Source: Hyaloraphidium curvatum SAG 235-1 (taxonomy: Eukaryota > Fungi > Monoblepharomycota). From it: DNA of 64,000 nucleotides. A model generated the notes under the pieces. It was not told where the DNA came from, searched no databases, and saw nothing but the letters and a program-made list of their open reading frames with translations. The stretch's first letter is position 1; the number at the start of each line of letters is the position of its first letter. Location: positions 310,001 to 374,000 of the forward strand of contig JAIVFI010000002.1 in assembly GCA_025558095.1 (NCBI GenBank), in the 5' to 3' direction. This document shows positions 30,561-40,426 of this stretch, one piece after another. A program made the translations under genes and the position numbers.

Positions 30561-31541
30561 CTACACGACTGCGCCGTGCGCCCTCACTCTTCCGAACGTG
30601 AAATTCTGGATCGGCGCGTAGCGCACGCCACACATCCGCATCGTCTCCCGCAGGAATGTCTCGGAATGCATGCTCCCGTCCGCCCATACCATTTTCTTGT
30701 AGTTCTTTATCCCGCCGCGGCGCGGGGGCACCTCGCGGAAATAGGCCTCTGCGAGCCGCATGCGGTGCCCGTAGTGGTCCATGGTCCACGGGGTGCCGAA
30801 GCCGAACCGGTCGTTGATCCCGCCCCACGTGTCGAAGTCGGGGGCGTACAGGGTGGCGTTTTCCACCGGCTCCGGGACGGGCAGCGGGTTGAAGAAGAAG
30901 AGGTCCGGCCTGAGGTAGGCGACGACGGCGTACCGCGAGCGGTGCGGCCACCAGAGCTCAGAGACGCGGTCTAGGGAGTACTGCTGGAGCAGGAAATTGA
31001 CGAGCGAGACGCGCGGATTGTAGGGCCAGGGCTCGCCGCGCTGGAGGTAGTACTCGGGGGCGCGGGAAAAGGCAAGGCCCGCCTCGCGCGAGGAGAATTC
31101 GACGCCGGCGACGCGGACGCCGGCGCCGCGCAGGGTGGCGAGGAGCAGCCGCAGCGAGCCGGGCATGTCGAGCGGGGCGGCGAGCTCCCTGTTTGCGGGG
31201 TTCGTGGCCTCTGCCAGCGCGTACGTGTGCAGGTAGGCGTCGATTGCGGCGCACCGAGCGGCGAGCGGGCGCGCGACGCTGTCGGCAATGTTGCGCGCGA
31301 GCGACTCGTTGAGGTTCTTCAGCTGCCCGAAAAAGGCGAGCGCGCACGCGGGGGCGGCCGCGGCCGGCGGGTCCATTTCGCCCGCGACGGCGGCGAGCTC
31401 GGCGGCGAGGCCGCCCGCCGCGGGAACCGGCGCCGGACGCGGCGCAGGCGGTTCGCGCAGGGCCCACAGCCGGAGCGCGGGGGCCGCGGCGGCGCCCACC
31501 GTCGCCGCCGCTGCGACCGCCCGGAAGACGCCGAGACGCAT
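30561..31541 (-). CDS. Uncharacterised GT-like protein (ALxFFG / RPD / GINDRF / HSE family)
   Basis: CALAFFGQLK, YAVVAYLRPDL, WGGINDRFGFG, HSETFL, FGRVRAHG; signal anchor. Confidence 0.6.
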   Translation of the reverse strand: MRLGVFRAVAAAATVGAAAAPALRLWALREPPAPRPAPVPAAGGLAAELAAVAGEMDPPAAAAPACALAFFGQLKNLNESLARNIADSVARPLAARCAAIDAYLHTYALAEATNPANRELAAPLDMPGSLRLLLATLRGAGVRVAGVEFSSREAGLAFSRAPEYYLQRGEPWPYNPRVSLVNFLLQQYSLDRVSELWWPHRSRYAVVAYLRPDLFFFNPLPVPEPVENATLYAPDFDTWGGINDRFGFGTPWTMDHYGHRMRLAEAYFREVPPRRGGIKNYKKMVWADGSMHSETFLRETMRMCGVRYAPIQNFTFGRVRAHGAVV

Positions 31542-31918
31542 TGGCGGGCTCCGGCGATTTGCGCGGTCCTCTCGCGCCGGCGAGGTCGGGCAGTGGCCCG
31601 GGGCAGGAAGAAGCCGGCAAGCGGCGGGCGCGGGCGTCGGCGGGTTGATTTGGGTGAAGGGCCCGCGGGCGGAAGTGCGGCCAAGTGAGGCGGCGACCGG
31701 GGTCGTGGGCCTGGGCCCTTGGAACCCGTTGCGCCCGCCCGTCCAAAACATGATCCGAGCGCCGACCGTTTCGTGCTTAGTGGACTCGAGAAGCTAGTGA
31801 AATGCTGAGAGGAGTTGAGCACGCCTGGACGTCTACCTCGGTGTGACGAGGTTCTGCGGGCTGCCGTCGAGGGCGGTTCTGCGCCCATCCCACCGCGGCC
31901 GCTAACGTCGCGTCTGGA

Positions 31919-32671
31919 ATGGGGACACGCGACGCGGCCCTCCGCGCGGCGGCGCTGTGCGCGCTTGCCGTGTTCGCCGCGTTGCTCGCTGCCGGCGGGG
32001 CGGGCGGGGCGGGCGGGGCGGGCGGGGCGGGCCGCGCGCGTGTGCTGCTCGTGGCGAGCAACGCGCGCGTGCGCGAGCTGCCGCTGCGCGCGCTGGCGGC
32101 GGGCGCGGCGCGCGCGGTGTTCTTCAACCACGCGCCGCACTTTGCGTTTGTCGACGCGGCGGCGGGGCTGCGGCCGCGCGGGCGGCTGCCGTACTCGATG
32201 GTGCTGCGCGGCGCGCACGGCGGGCGCACCGGGCCGTCGTACTTCCTCGGCGTGCGCAACGAGGCCGCCGCGCCGCTGGCCGCGCGGCTGTGCGGCGCCG
32301 AGGAGGTCGTGCTGGTGGTGCGCGCTGACGCGCGTGGCGACGCCATGCTCGCGTGCTCCGACGCCGACGCGGTACGCGCCGCCCTGGCCGCCTGCGGTCG
32401 CGCCGCCGCGCTGGTCGTGGTGCGCGTGGAGGACACCGTGCCCTTCTACCCCACGCACCCCAACTCGACGCACTGGCTGCCGCAAATACCCACCACGGGC
32501 TTCACAACCGCCATGCGATACATCGTGCAGGGCGCCAAGCCCGTGTTGCTGGCCTTCAACGCGTCAGAGTACCCGAAGGACCAGCGGCGCACCTCGCACA
32601 ACTACCACTTCGAAACCACCATGATCAGCTTCCTGCACGCCGCGCGCCTCGTCGAGCTCGTCAACCCATGA
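31919..32671 (+). CDS. GT29-like (sialyltransferase-like) protein
   Basis: Signal anchor; degenerate sialylmotif L (VLLVASN..AVFFN), motif S-like PTTGFTTAM..VLLAF, and motif VS HxxxxE (HNYHFE) followed by L-H-x-x-x-L-V. Confidence 0.65.
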   Translation: MGTRDAALRAAALCALAVFAALLAAGGAGGAGGAGGAGRARVLLVASNARVRELPLRALAAGAARAVFFNHAPHFAFVDAAAGLRPRGRLPYSMVLRGAHGGRTGPSYFLGVRNEAAAPLAARLCGAEEVVLVVRADARGDAMLACSDADAVRAALAACGRAAALVVVRVEDTVPFYPTHPNSTHWLPQIPTTGFTTAMRYIVQGAKPVLLAFNASEYPKDQRRTSHNYHFETTMISFLHAARLVELVNP

Positions 32672-33584
32672 TGGCTACGCGGTCGCCAGGCGCTCCCGAT
32701 CCCACGGGGAAAAGGCGACTCCCTGCGGCATTCTGGGCCGGCCCTGGATTGAAGCGGGTTCTGCACCCCCATCCCTGCATGCCTTGAGGGTATTCGTGAA
32801 ACAATACCCGAAAGGTAGGATAGGGGGCAAATCAGGGGGCAATACAGGTTCATCGAGTTCAAGGGAACGCGTGTTCGCGGGAAAGCTCGGAGGGAGGCAT
32901 TGAGGATCAGCATGGCCAGCTACCGAGCGTTCGTCAGGCCTTGAGGCCACGGAAGTACCTTGGACTTGCAATCGTTGCATCCACGGGAACGACTGATGTT
33001 GCCTCCTGGGGTTCTTGAGCAACTCGCCGAGGTCTGGGGCCGGCTCGTGTTTGTGGACGACAGAGGGCAGGACTGCCTGATCGTTTCGTGTCCCGGATCC
33101 AACCATGTCACGAACAATTTCGAACAAGCGGTTCCACGGGCCGAGCCGGCCATCATCGTTTGCCTCTCCCGAACCTGATAGCATTCATCTGCAAGGCGCA
33201 TAGGGTAGTTCGCATCTGATGGCTGTGGCACTTAGACGCTTCCCTCGTCGTACTGTAGCTGCCGCCTTTGGCGAACATCATTCTAGGACCCAATGTGCTA
33301 TTTGCTCAGTATCTACCAATCTACCTAGCTCAATTCTCTCCCATGCCAATCGTCCTGATCCGCTGATCCGCTGTATCGCGTCCCGCTTTGCGAATTCGAC
33401 TTTCACGAAGGCTTGGGCTTCAATGGCGGCCGCTGTGGTGCAGTGGCCAATTGAGTAGGCCGACTATATTTCTATAGATGAGCGGGCGGTATTTTTCGCC
33501 TGTGCGGCCGCCAAAGCCCTTCAACAGCAAACAATGGAAACCAGCTAGCACACAAAACCGGCCGTGCGAATGGGCGCATACAGC

Positions 33585-34637
33585 ATGGGCCCCGCTGTCG
33601 AGCTCGTCCCCGGCCGCTGGGTTGGCCCCGGCCGGCCGACGTTCTTCATCGCCGAGGCAGGGCTCAACCACAACGGCCGGCTCGACGCCGCGCTGCGGCT
33701 CGTCGACGCGGCCAAGGCGGCCGGCGCCGACGCCGTCAAGTTTCAGAAGCGCACGCCGGCTTCCATGCTGACGCGCGCGGCGCTCGCGGCGCCATACGCC
33801 GGCCCACACTCGTTTGGCGCCACGTACGGCGAGCATCGCGCCGCGCTCGAGCTGTCCGAGGCCGACTGGGACGCACTGGCCGCGCACGCCGCCCGCGCTG
33901 GCATCGCGCTGGCCGGCTCGGCGTGGGACGAGGCTTCCGCCGACCTGCTGGTGCACCTGGGCGCGCCGTTCCTCAAGTTGCCTTCGGCGGACCTGACAAA
34001 CTTCCCGCTCATGGCACACGCCGCGCGCTCGGGCCGGCCGCTGGTGCTCTCCACCGGCATGGCTGACATGGCGCTGGTCCGCCGCGCCGTCGCACACGCC
34101 AGCGCCTTTACGACACGGCTGGTCCTGCTGCATTGCACCTCGACGTACCCCGCACCGCCCGAGGCGTGCAACCTCCGCGCGATCCATGCGCTTGCTACCA
34201 CTTTCCCGGACGTCGTCGTGGGCTACTCGGGCCACGAGCAGGGCACCGCCATCGCCTGCGCAGCCGCCGCCATCGGTGCCGCCGTGGTTGAGAAGCATCT
34301 GACTCTGGATCGTCAAATGAAGGGACCTGACCATGCGGCATCCCTGGAACCGGAAGAGTTTGCTGATATGGTCCGGCGGGTGCGCGAAGCCGAGAGGGCC
34401 ATGGGCGACGGCATCAAGCGGCTCATGCCTGGGGAGGATGCGGTGAGGGCCAAGCTGGCCAAGTCGCTCGTTGCCGCGCATGACATACCGCGGGGCACGG
34501 TCCTCACGCCGGAAATGCTTGTCGCCAAGGGGCCCGGCACGGGCATTGCGGTTTGCGACGCGGAGCTGGTCCTGGGAAGGATGGTACTGCGCGACATCGC
34601 AGCCGACACACTGCTGGACCCGACCATGTTTGGGTGA
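33585..34637 (+). CDS. NANS: Sialic acid (Neu5Ac/Kdn-9-phosphate) synthase, NeuB/NANS family, with SAF domain
   Basis: ELVPGRWVG, IAEAGLNHNG, GADAVKFQK, PY..HSFGATYGEH, STGM, LHCTSTYP, GYSGHE, EKHLTLD, GPDHAASLEP, KSLVA. Alternative ATG at 33570. Confidence 0.96.
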   Translation: MGPAVELVPGRWVGPGRPTFFIAEAGLNHNGRLDAALRLVDAAKAAGADAVKFQKRTPASMLTRAALAAPYAGPHSFGATYGEHRAALELSEADWDALAAHAARAGIALAGSAWDEASADLLVHLGAPFLKLPSADLTNFPLMAHAARSGRPLVLSTGMADMALVRRAVAHASAFTTRLVLLHCTSTYPAPPEACNLRAIHALATTFPDVVVGYSGHEQGTAIACAAAAIGAAVVEKHLTLDRQMKGPDHAASLEPEEFADMVRRVREAERAMGDGIKRLMPGEDAVRAKLAKSLVAAHDIPRGTVLTPEMLVAKGPGTGIAVCDAELVLGRMVLRDIAADTLLDPTMFG

Positions 34638-34728
34638 AGATGGCCGATAGCCGTCGGTCAGCACCAGGTGGCTGGGCCTAGATGGCGAGACGTTCATTGT
34701 GCATCGTACGCGATGGACGATATCAGCC

Positions 34729-35724
34729 TCAAGGCGGCCCAATCTCTTCTTGACTGCCAGTTCCTGCATCCCATCGAACCCGGAGCGGGCAGCAAGAGGT
34801 CCTCCTCTTCAAGTACCCGCACGTGCCATTGCCGTCCACGAGCATTTTCTCGTAGTAGGCTTTGTCCTTCTTGAAGGCCGTTACCGAGGTCCGCGCCAGC
34901 TTGCGCTCGGCCTCCTCCCGCGATTTCCACATGTAGTGGTAGAGGGAACCGGCGCTGTGGGCAGGGTTGGAGAGGAAGTAGAACGCTGGGTGTTCGCGAC
35001 TGCTCGGGTGCACGGCATCCTCGCCAGCGGCATTTGCCGGCGGCAGGGAAGTCCCGTTTGCAATGATAGGATGGTGCGCGGTCGTCATGCCCCGGATTGC
35101 TGAGCACCGCACAAGGGCTTTGAACGCTGCTGACCTCGGATGGGTGCGCGGTAGGCACGATGCGTAGTTGGCCAAAACGCCGCCGGCAGGACGTTTTTGG
35201 TGGTCTTTCCCGTCAAAGATGACCCAGTTGAGGTAGACCGCGGGCCGGCCATCGAACCGCGGTTGCGAGAGGAAGGCCGGCAGCGAGGGCCGCGCCCCTG
35301 GTAGTACCGGGAACTCGTCGACGTCAAAGAACGCCATCCAGCCATTTAAAGGGCAGAGCTGGATGCAGCGATGGTAGGCGTCCCCCTGCGGCGAACGGGC
35401 GAAGGGGACAGGGCCGTGCACACCTCCTGCCGGGAACACGTCTACGTCTGGAACGTCCAGGAAAGCCGGCCGCCGCGTGGAATGGGGGGCGATGCCGTCG
35501 TCGTACACCAAGAAGCGCGAGACGCCGAGCAGGCGGTGGTAGTTGAGCCACTCGGGCAGGTCATCTGCCGCGTCCTTCGCAATGATGCACGCGTGCACGG
35601 GCGGGCTACCGACCTCACTGCCGCTTCGGACAGGACCGCGGAGTCCGTTGGTCAGCTGAAGTAGTGAAAGTGCGGCGAGCGCGGCGCCGGCAAGCACAGC
35701 AACGCGGCAGCGCAGGAGCAACAT
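34729..35724 (-). CDS. GT92/GT2-like glycosyltransferase
   Basis: CIIAKDAADDLPEWLNYHRLLGVSRFLVYDD, WMAFFDVDEF, LNWVIF, YHYMWKSREE. Confidence 0.85.
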   Translation of the reverse strand: MLLLRCRVAVLAGAALAALSLLQLTNGLRGPVRSGSEVGSPPVHACIIAKDAADDLPEWLNYHRLLGVSRFLVYDDGIAPHSTRRPAFLDVPDVDVFPAGGVHGPVPFARSPQGDAYHRCIQLCPLNGWMAFFDVDEFPVLPGARPSLPAFLSQPRFDGRPAVYLNWVIFDGKDHQKRPAGGVLANYASCLPRTHPRSAAFKALVRCSAIRGMTTAHHPIIANGTSLPPANAAGEDAVHPSSREHPAFYFLSNPAHSAGSLYHYMWKSREEAERKLARTSVTAFKKDKAYYEKMLVDGNGTCGYLKRRTSCCPLRVRWDAGTGSQEEIGPP

Positions 35725-35761
35725 TTCCCAGAGTCGGCAAGACCAAGAAGGAGAGACACCG

Positions 35762-36469
35762 ATGCCCCGTGCAGCGTGCATCGCCGTGGTCCCCGCCCGC
35801 GGCGGGTCCAAGGGCATCCCGCGAAAAAATCTCGCCGACTTTCTCGGCGGACCGCTATTCCTCTGGCAGGCGCGCGCGTGCGCGGACTCCGGCGTTTTCG
35901 ACGCAGTGGTGGTCAGCTCCGACGATTGTGAAGTACTGGACGCCGCGCGTGCGGCCGGGTTCCTCGCACACGAACGGTCTGCCGAGGCGTCTTCCGACGG
36001 GGCGTCTTCGGAAACGGCGGTGGCGGAGGCCGCCGCCTGGTACCGGTCGCTGGGCCGCCCCGTCGACGTTGTATGCCTCGCACAGCCGACGTCCCCTCTG
36101 ACCGCCTCAGAGGACTACGCCGCCGCATGGACGGCCTTTGAAGACGCGGGAGCGGACTCGCTCGTCACTGTCTGCCGAAGAAAGGTGTTTTTGTGGCGGC
36201 AAGCAGATGAGGACGAGAGGCTCGCCCAGCCGGCAAACTACGACCCGCGCCGGAGGCCGCGCAGGCAGGATTGGGACGGGGTGCTGGTTGAGAACGGCGC
36301 CTTCTACTTCACGCGGAGCTCGTTGTTCGACGAGCTGGGTTGCAGGCTCGGCGGCCGCACAGTGGCCTACCAGATGGAAGAGTGGAAGGCGACGGAGATT
36401 GACACGCCCGAGGACCTGGAGGTGTGTAGGGCGATCGGGCTGGCGAGAGGACTGAAGTGGGAAGCGTAG
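35762..36469 (+). CDS. CMAS: CMP-sialic acid synthetase (acylneuraminate cytidylyltransferase), single domain
   Basis: VPARGGSKGIPRKN, VVSSD, QPTSP, RPRRQDWDG.LVENGAFY, EIDTPED. Confidence 0.95.
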   Translation: MPRAACIAVVPARGGSKGIPRKNLADFLGGPLFLWQARACADSGVFDAVVVSSDDCEVLDAARAAGFLAHERSAEASSDGASSETAVAEAAAWYRSLGRPVDVVCLAQPTSPLTASEDYAAAWTAFEDAGADSLVTVCRRKVFLWRQADEDERLAQPANYDPRRRPRRQDWDGVLVENGAFYFTRSSLFDELGCRLGGRTVAYQMEEWKATEIDTPEDLEVCRAIGLARGLKWEA

Positions 36470-36534
36470 ATGCCGTGTCAGGGTGGCAATTCGGGGTCGA
36501 AAAAGTATGCACTGGCCGGCCGCATCCGCCCCAA

Positions 36535-37578
36535 TCAGAGCTCCTCCACATCAGACTTGCTCCCGTCCGAAGCGGACTCCGCGACGAGCCAGCGCAAGGT
36601 CGTATGCAACCGAGGCCTAGGCTGTATCCCTCCTTCCGCCTGCGCCGGCCAAGGCTCGGTACCACCAACCGAGTAGAGGTACGACGCGACGCCGTTGGCC
36701 GCGCATCCCAGGACGAAACCGGGGCCCAAGGCCCGCCCAAACCAAACCCAGCTGGCAACTCCCGAGATCAGCAGGCTCCCTGCGGCCGCGAACGCCTTCC
36801 ACACGTTGTCCCCCAGCCGCAAGACGGCCGCGGTCAGCTGCCCCAGCACGGCTAGACAGAGCACCAGGAGCCACGCCGCGCGGTTGAATCCCGCCACGGG
36901 GACGTGCGACATGCTGAGGAGCGGGAGCCAGGTCAACAGGGTGCCGAGAGCGTAGAGCTGTGCGTTCTGCGCATGCGGGCTCTGTGGGGAGTGTTTAAGC
37001 AGCAGCTCGTTGTACACGCCTGCGGCGGCCGACACGATGATCGAGGCTGCCAGCGCGGCCCACCCGGCGGGGGACGCCGAAAATGGGGCGCGAGCTGGGT
37101 GGGAGGCGATCGCGGCAGCGGCGGGGCCAATCGCGCCTTCGCTATGGGCAAGCGCGGTGCCGACACACAGCAGCACCAAGCCGCCCAGCTGGCGGCGCGA
37201 AAAGTCCCGGCCCGCCGCGGCCATCAGGCTCGCGGCTAGCGGCACCTTGAGACCACCGAGCAGCTGCACCGTGGCGGGGTCGGCGGCGCGTGCTGCAACA
37301 AATAAGAGATTGTTGTTGAGCGCGTAGGCCGCGGCCAGCATCGCGGTGCGCGCGATACCGGCCGCTGTGGGCACGTCGGACGGCAAAGGCCCGGCCGCGG
37401 CAAGCTGGCCCAGGGACAGCGCGAGTTTGGCCGCCTCGGCCAACGCGGGCACGGCGGCGGGCGCGAAGTCATAGCCGCCCTTGGCGTTCCGCGCCAGCGC
37501 CGCGAGCACCGGTCGGGCCGCGTCGGCAACCGCCAGCGACGCGACCGCGGGCACCGCTAGCCACTGGCGCGCGCGCAT
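36535..37578 (-). CDS. SLC35A-family nucleotide-sugar transporter (candidate CMP-Sia transporter)
   Basis: AEAAKL, YALNNNLLF, DPATVQLL..LKVP, AGVYNELLLK, QNAQLY, DNVWKAFA; multiple TM segments. Confidence 0.9.
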   Translation of the reverse strand: MRARQWLAVPAVASLAVADAARPVLAALARNAKGGYDFAPAAVPALAEAAKLALSLGQLAAAGPLPSDVPTAAGIARTAMLAAAYALNNNLLFVAARAADPATVQLLGGLKVPLAASLMAAAGRDFSRRQLGGLVLLCVGTALAHSEGAIGPAAAAIASHPARAPFSASPAGWAALAASIIVSAAAGVYNELLLKHSPQSPHAQNAQLYALGTLLTWLPLLSMSHVPVAGFNRAAWLLVLCLAVLGQLTAAVLRLGDNVWKAFAAAGSLLISGVASWVWFGRALGPGFVLGCAANGVASYLYSVGGTEPWPAQAEGGIQPRPRLHTTLRWLVAESASDGSKSDVEEL

Positions 37579-37747
37579 CGCGCGCAGGGGCCGACGCCGG
37601 CGCGGCAGGGAGGTCCGGACACGTGCGTGTAAACAACCCGTACTCGGCAGACGGTATCTGTGGCCTTCCATCGCGCTAATGCGGTTTCCAGTTTCTAGAC
37701 TCTTAGCTGAAAACCAATGACCACATTAATGAATAAACAAGGCAGAG

Positions 37748-38201
37748 ATGAACGCCTCCCCTGTTCCGGGCCGCCGGCTCGCTATCCTCTCGTGGGCCAC
37801 GATACTACTGGCGGCTCTTGCGTGGCTACGGGCCCATCGCCAGTCGCGCGACCCGGCGGCGGCGGCTGCGGCCCGCGCGGCACGGGCTTATGCGGCGCTG
37901 GGCGCGCTGTCCGAGCCCGCGTGGCGGGGGGTGCATGAACCAGCACTGGACGCACCAGGCCGCATTTTGCGGCCTGGACCTCGGGATCCGCTACGGCTAC
38001 GTGCTGCGAACGGACCAGCTGGCGGAGCTGCCCGCGCTGCTGGACAGCCTTGGCGTCAGGGGGCCGGACCGTGGGAAAGAAGAGCCGGGGAACATTTTCG
38101 GGTACGGCGCCAACGGTATCGCCGAACTGAGGCCAGAGGAGCACGATCTGTTGAGGGAGGTGTATGGCGTGGACATGGCGCTATGGCAAGCGGTGCGCTG
38201 A
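37748..38201 (+). pseudogene. Internally deleted carbohydrate sulfotransferase remnant
   Basis: A signal-anchor segment joins out of frame to NQHWTHQAAFC..RYGYV..LLREVYGVDMALW, the C-terminus of CHST-type enzymes. PAPS-binding motifs are absent. Confidence 0.55.
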
Positions 38202-38229
38202 CCAGGCTCGGATTGCATCCCCAGCGCTC

Positions 38230-39181
38230 GGGGCTCGTCCCTCCATGCTCTGCCGACCCCATCCAGTCCATCACCAGCGGGCAGCACCGCACTACGTGGT
38301 CCCGCAGATAGGTGCAACTCTCGTTCGTCCAGCCCACAGCTTCTGGTAACTACCCGGCGGCCGTGGGCGTACTAGGGGTCCGGGGTGTTGACCATGGCAA
38401 GAGCCTCCTCCCTGGATTTGTACATGTAGTGGAACAGCGCCGCAGGGCCATCGTGGGAGGGGTTGTCCAGCCACTGACTGGGGCATGCCGCACACGTGCC
38501 AGGCCTGCGCGCCCTCTCGTTCACCTCGAACGAGCCCGCAGCCAGCTTTGCCTTGTGCGCGGTGCGCATGCCGAGCAGGTCGCGGCACTGCGCTAAGGTC
38601 TTTGCTCCCGACCGGGTCGTGCCGAACGACCGCGGCACGCAAGTTGAATAGCTCGCCAGCGTGCCCTGTGCTGGCCTGGTCTCGTACTCCCTGCCCACCA
38701 GGACGACCCAGTTCAGCAGCACCGCCGGGGCGTTCCGGAATCCGTCCAAGAACCGCGGCAGCCAGGGGCGCTCCGTCCGCAGCACAACGAACTCGTCGAC
38801 GTCCAAAAGGCCCATCCAGCCGCCCGCGGGACAGCGTGCCGCGCATTCGGCGTAGGCGCGGTGCTGCACCGAATCGGCGAACGCGACGTCGCCGCGCGGG
38901 CCGCGGGGCGGCACGGGCCGCACGTCGACATCCGGCGCGGCGTGCGGGAACGGAGGGCGCGAACCGTCGTCGAACACGAGGAAGCGGGAGACGCCAATGG
39001 AGCGGTGGTAGTCGAGCCACTCGGCGGCGTCGGCGTTGGCGTCGCGCACGAGGAGGCACATCCACACGGGCGGGCCCGCGGGCGCCTGCGGCGCCCACGA
39101 CAGCCGCAAAGCAACGGTGGCGCTCGAAATGACACACAGCAGTGCACGACGGCGAGGCCCGCGAGCGACCTCCACTACCAT
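38230..39181 (-). pseudogene. GT92-like paralogue of 34729-35724 with disrupted C-terminus
   Basis: EWLDYHRSIGVSRFLVFDD, LLDVDEF, FHYMYKSREE, then a stop at 38372. The homologous tail (YQKL; NESCTYLR..CCPL) continues in other frames. Confidence 0.75.
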
Positions 39182-39238
39182 TGTTTAAATATTGAATGTG
39201 GGTTCCCGGGGTATGCATTGCTCGGCGCCGCCTTCCGG

Positions 39239-40401
39239 ATGCCTCTGCTGGTGCGCGCCGCAGCGATGGCGGCGCTCTTCGGGCTGAGCTGGGCGCTCTG
39301 GGCCGGCGGCGGCGGGCGCGCCTCGGGGCTGCGCGTGCACGCAGCGGGCAACCTCGGCGACGAGATGGAGACGACGCCGCTGCTACGAGCGCTGGCCGCG
39401 TGGGGCGTCGCCATGGACGTGTTCCTCGCGCCGTGGCTGGCGCGGGAGGACCGGCTGGGTCCCCACGTGCTGCGGACTTCGCGCCACTGGCGCCTGACGC
39501 GTGCATCTCGGCGTTGCCGCTGGCTGACGCTTCCGGCTACGACGCCGTGATAGAGGCGCCGAGGCCCAAGGTGCTGCACGATTCGCTGCCCGCCTCGCCG
39601 CCGCATTTCTGCACGCCGCTCGTGCTGTTCAGCATCGCCATCGCAAGCCAGCAGGTGCCAGTGCCCCCCTGCGTCGCGCTCGCGGTGTTCCGCGAGCCCG
39701 TTTCGCAGAGGAGGTTCCTCGCTGCCGCAAAGGCCGCGGGCAGGACGCCGCCGCCCACCTTGATGAGCGGCGACCTGTCCCACATCCTCGAGGTGTCGCA
39801 GCCCCTGCTCGTGGCATGGAGGGCACAGCACCGCGCCGCTCTGGAGGCCGCCGCCGTTCCGAAGGACTGGGTCCTGCTCTTTTCCCGCTCCAACAACTTT
39901 GGGCGCCGTGTCTCGGTGGTCCGCAACGACACCGTTTCCGTGCGGCACGTGAATGGCACCGTCGAGCACCACCCCGTCGCCTCGGTCGTCTTTGCCAGCA
40001 CCTCGGTCGTCGGGATGGAGGGCGACGCCGCGGTTTTCGCCTTGCTCGCCACCCGGGGCGTGCCCAGGGGCAGGCTCGTCACCTGCACAGGGATCGAGCA
40101 GCTCTGGGCGCTCATCAGCCTGGCCCCGGCCGTTTACACGGACCGCTACCATGCAGGTGTCGCCTCCCACCGGCTCGGCGTGCCCGTGCGGGTCCTCGTA
40201 CACTTGGCCGAGAGGACAAAGATGAAGGGGTTGCAAGAGATACTGGTACATCCTACTGAGACAGTGCGGAAGTGGAACGCTGAGGCGCTGGATGCGCTTA
40301 AGGGGTTCCTGGAGGCCCTGCCGAGACCGGGGTTGGGGAGGCGGGCGCCACCACCTTGCCCGGGGAGGCCAGAGGGCCTGCCTTCAGGTTTCATGCCATG
40401 A
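39239..40401 (+). CDS. Polysaccharide pyruvyl transferase-like protein; frame change near 39500
   Basis: GNLGDEM in the first frame; FREPVS, GDLSH and TDRYHAGVASHRLGVP in the second. The frames join by a frameshift or by a possible 53-nt intron 39501-39553. Confidence 0.7.
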
Positions 40402-40426
40402 TGGGTCATGAAGAGATCAATGCCCT

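Noticed and set aside
31993-32032. GGCGGGGCG tandem as regulatory G-quadruplex
   Set aside because: Adequately explained as the coding Ala-Gly-Gly stem linker of the GT29-like protein.
32675-33460. Missing phosphatase/epimerase gene between GT29-like and NANS
   Set aside because: Only short broken ORFs in lower-GC DNA; no HAD DxD or epimerase motif recognised.
31919-37578. Bacterial neu/capsule operon or contaminant contig
   Set aside because: Alternating strands, a eukaryote-type SLC35A transporter, Golgi signal anchors and contiguity with intron-containing fungal genes argue against it, though a chimeric join needs read-level checking.
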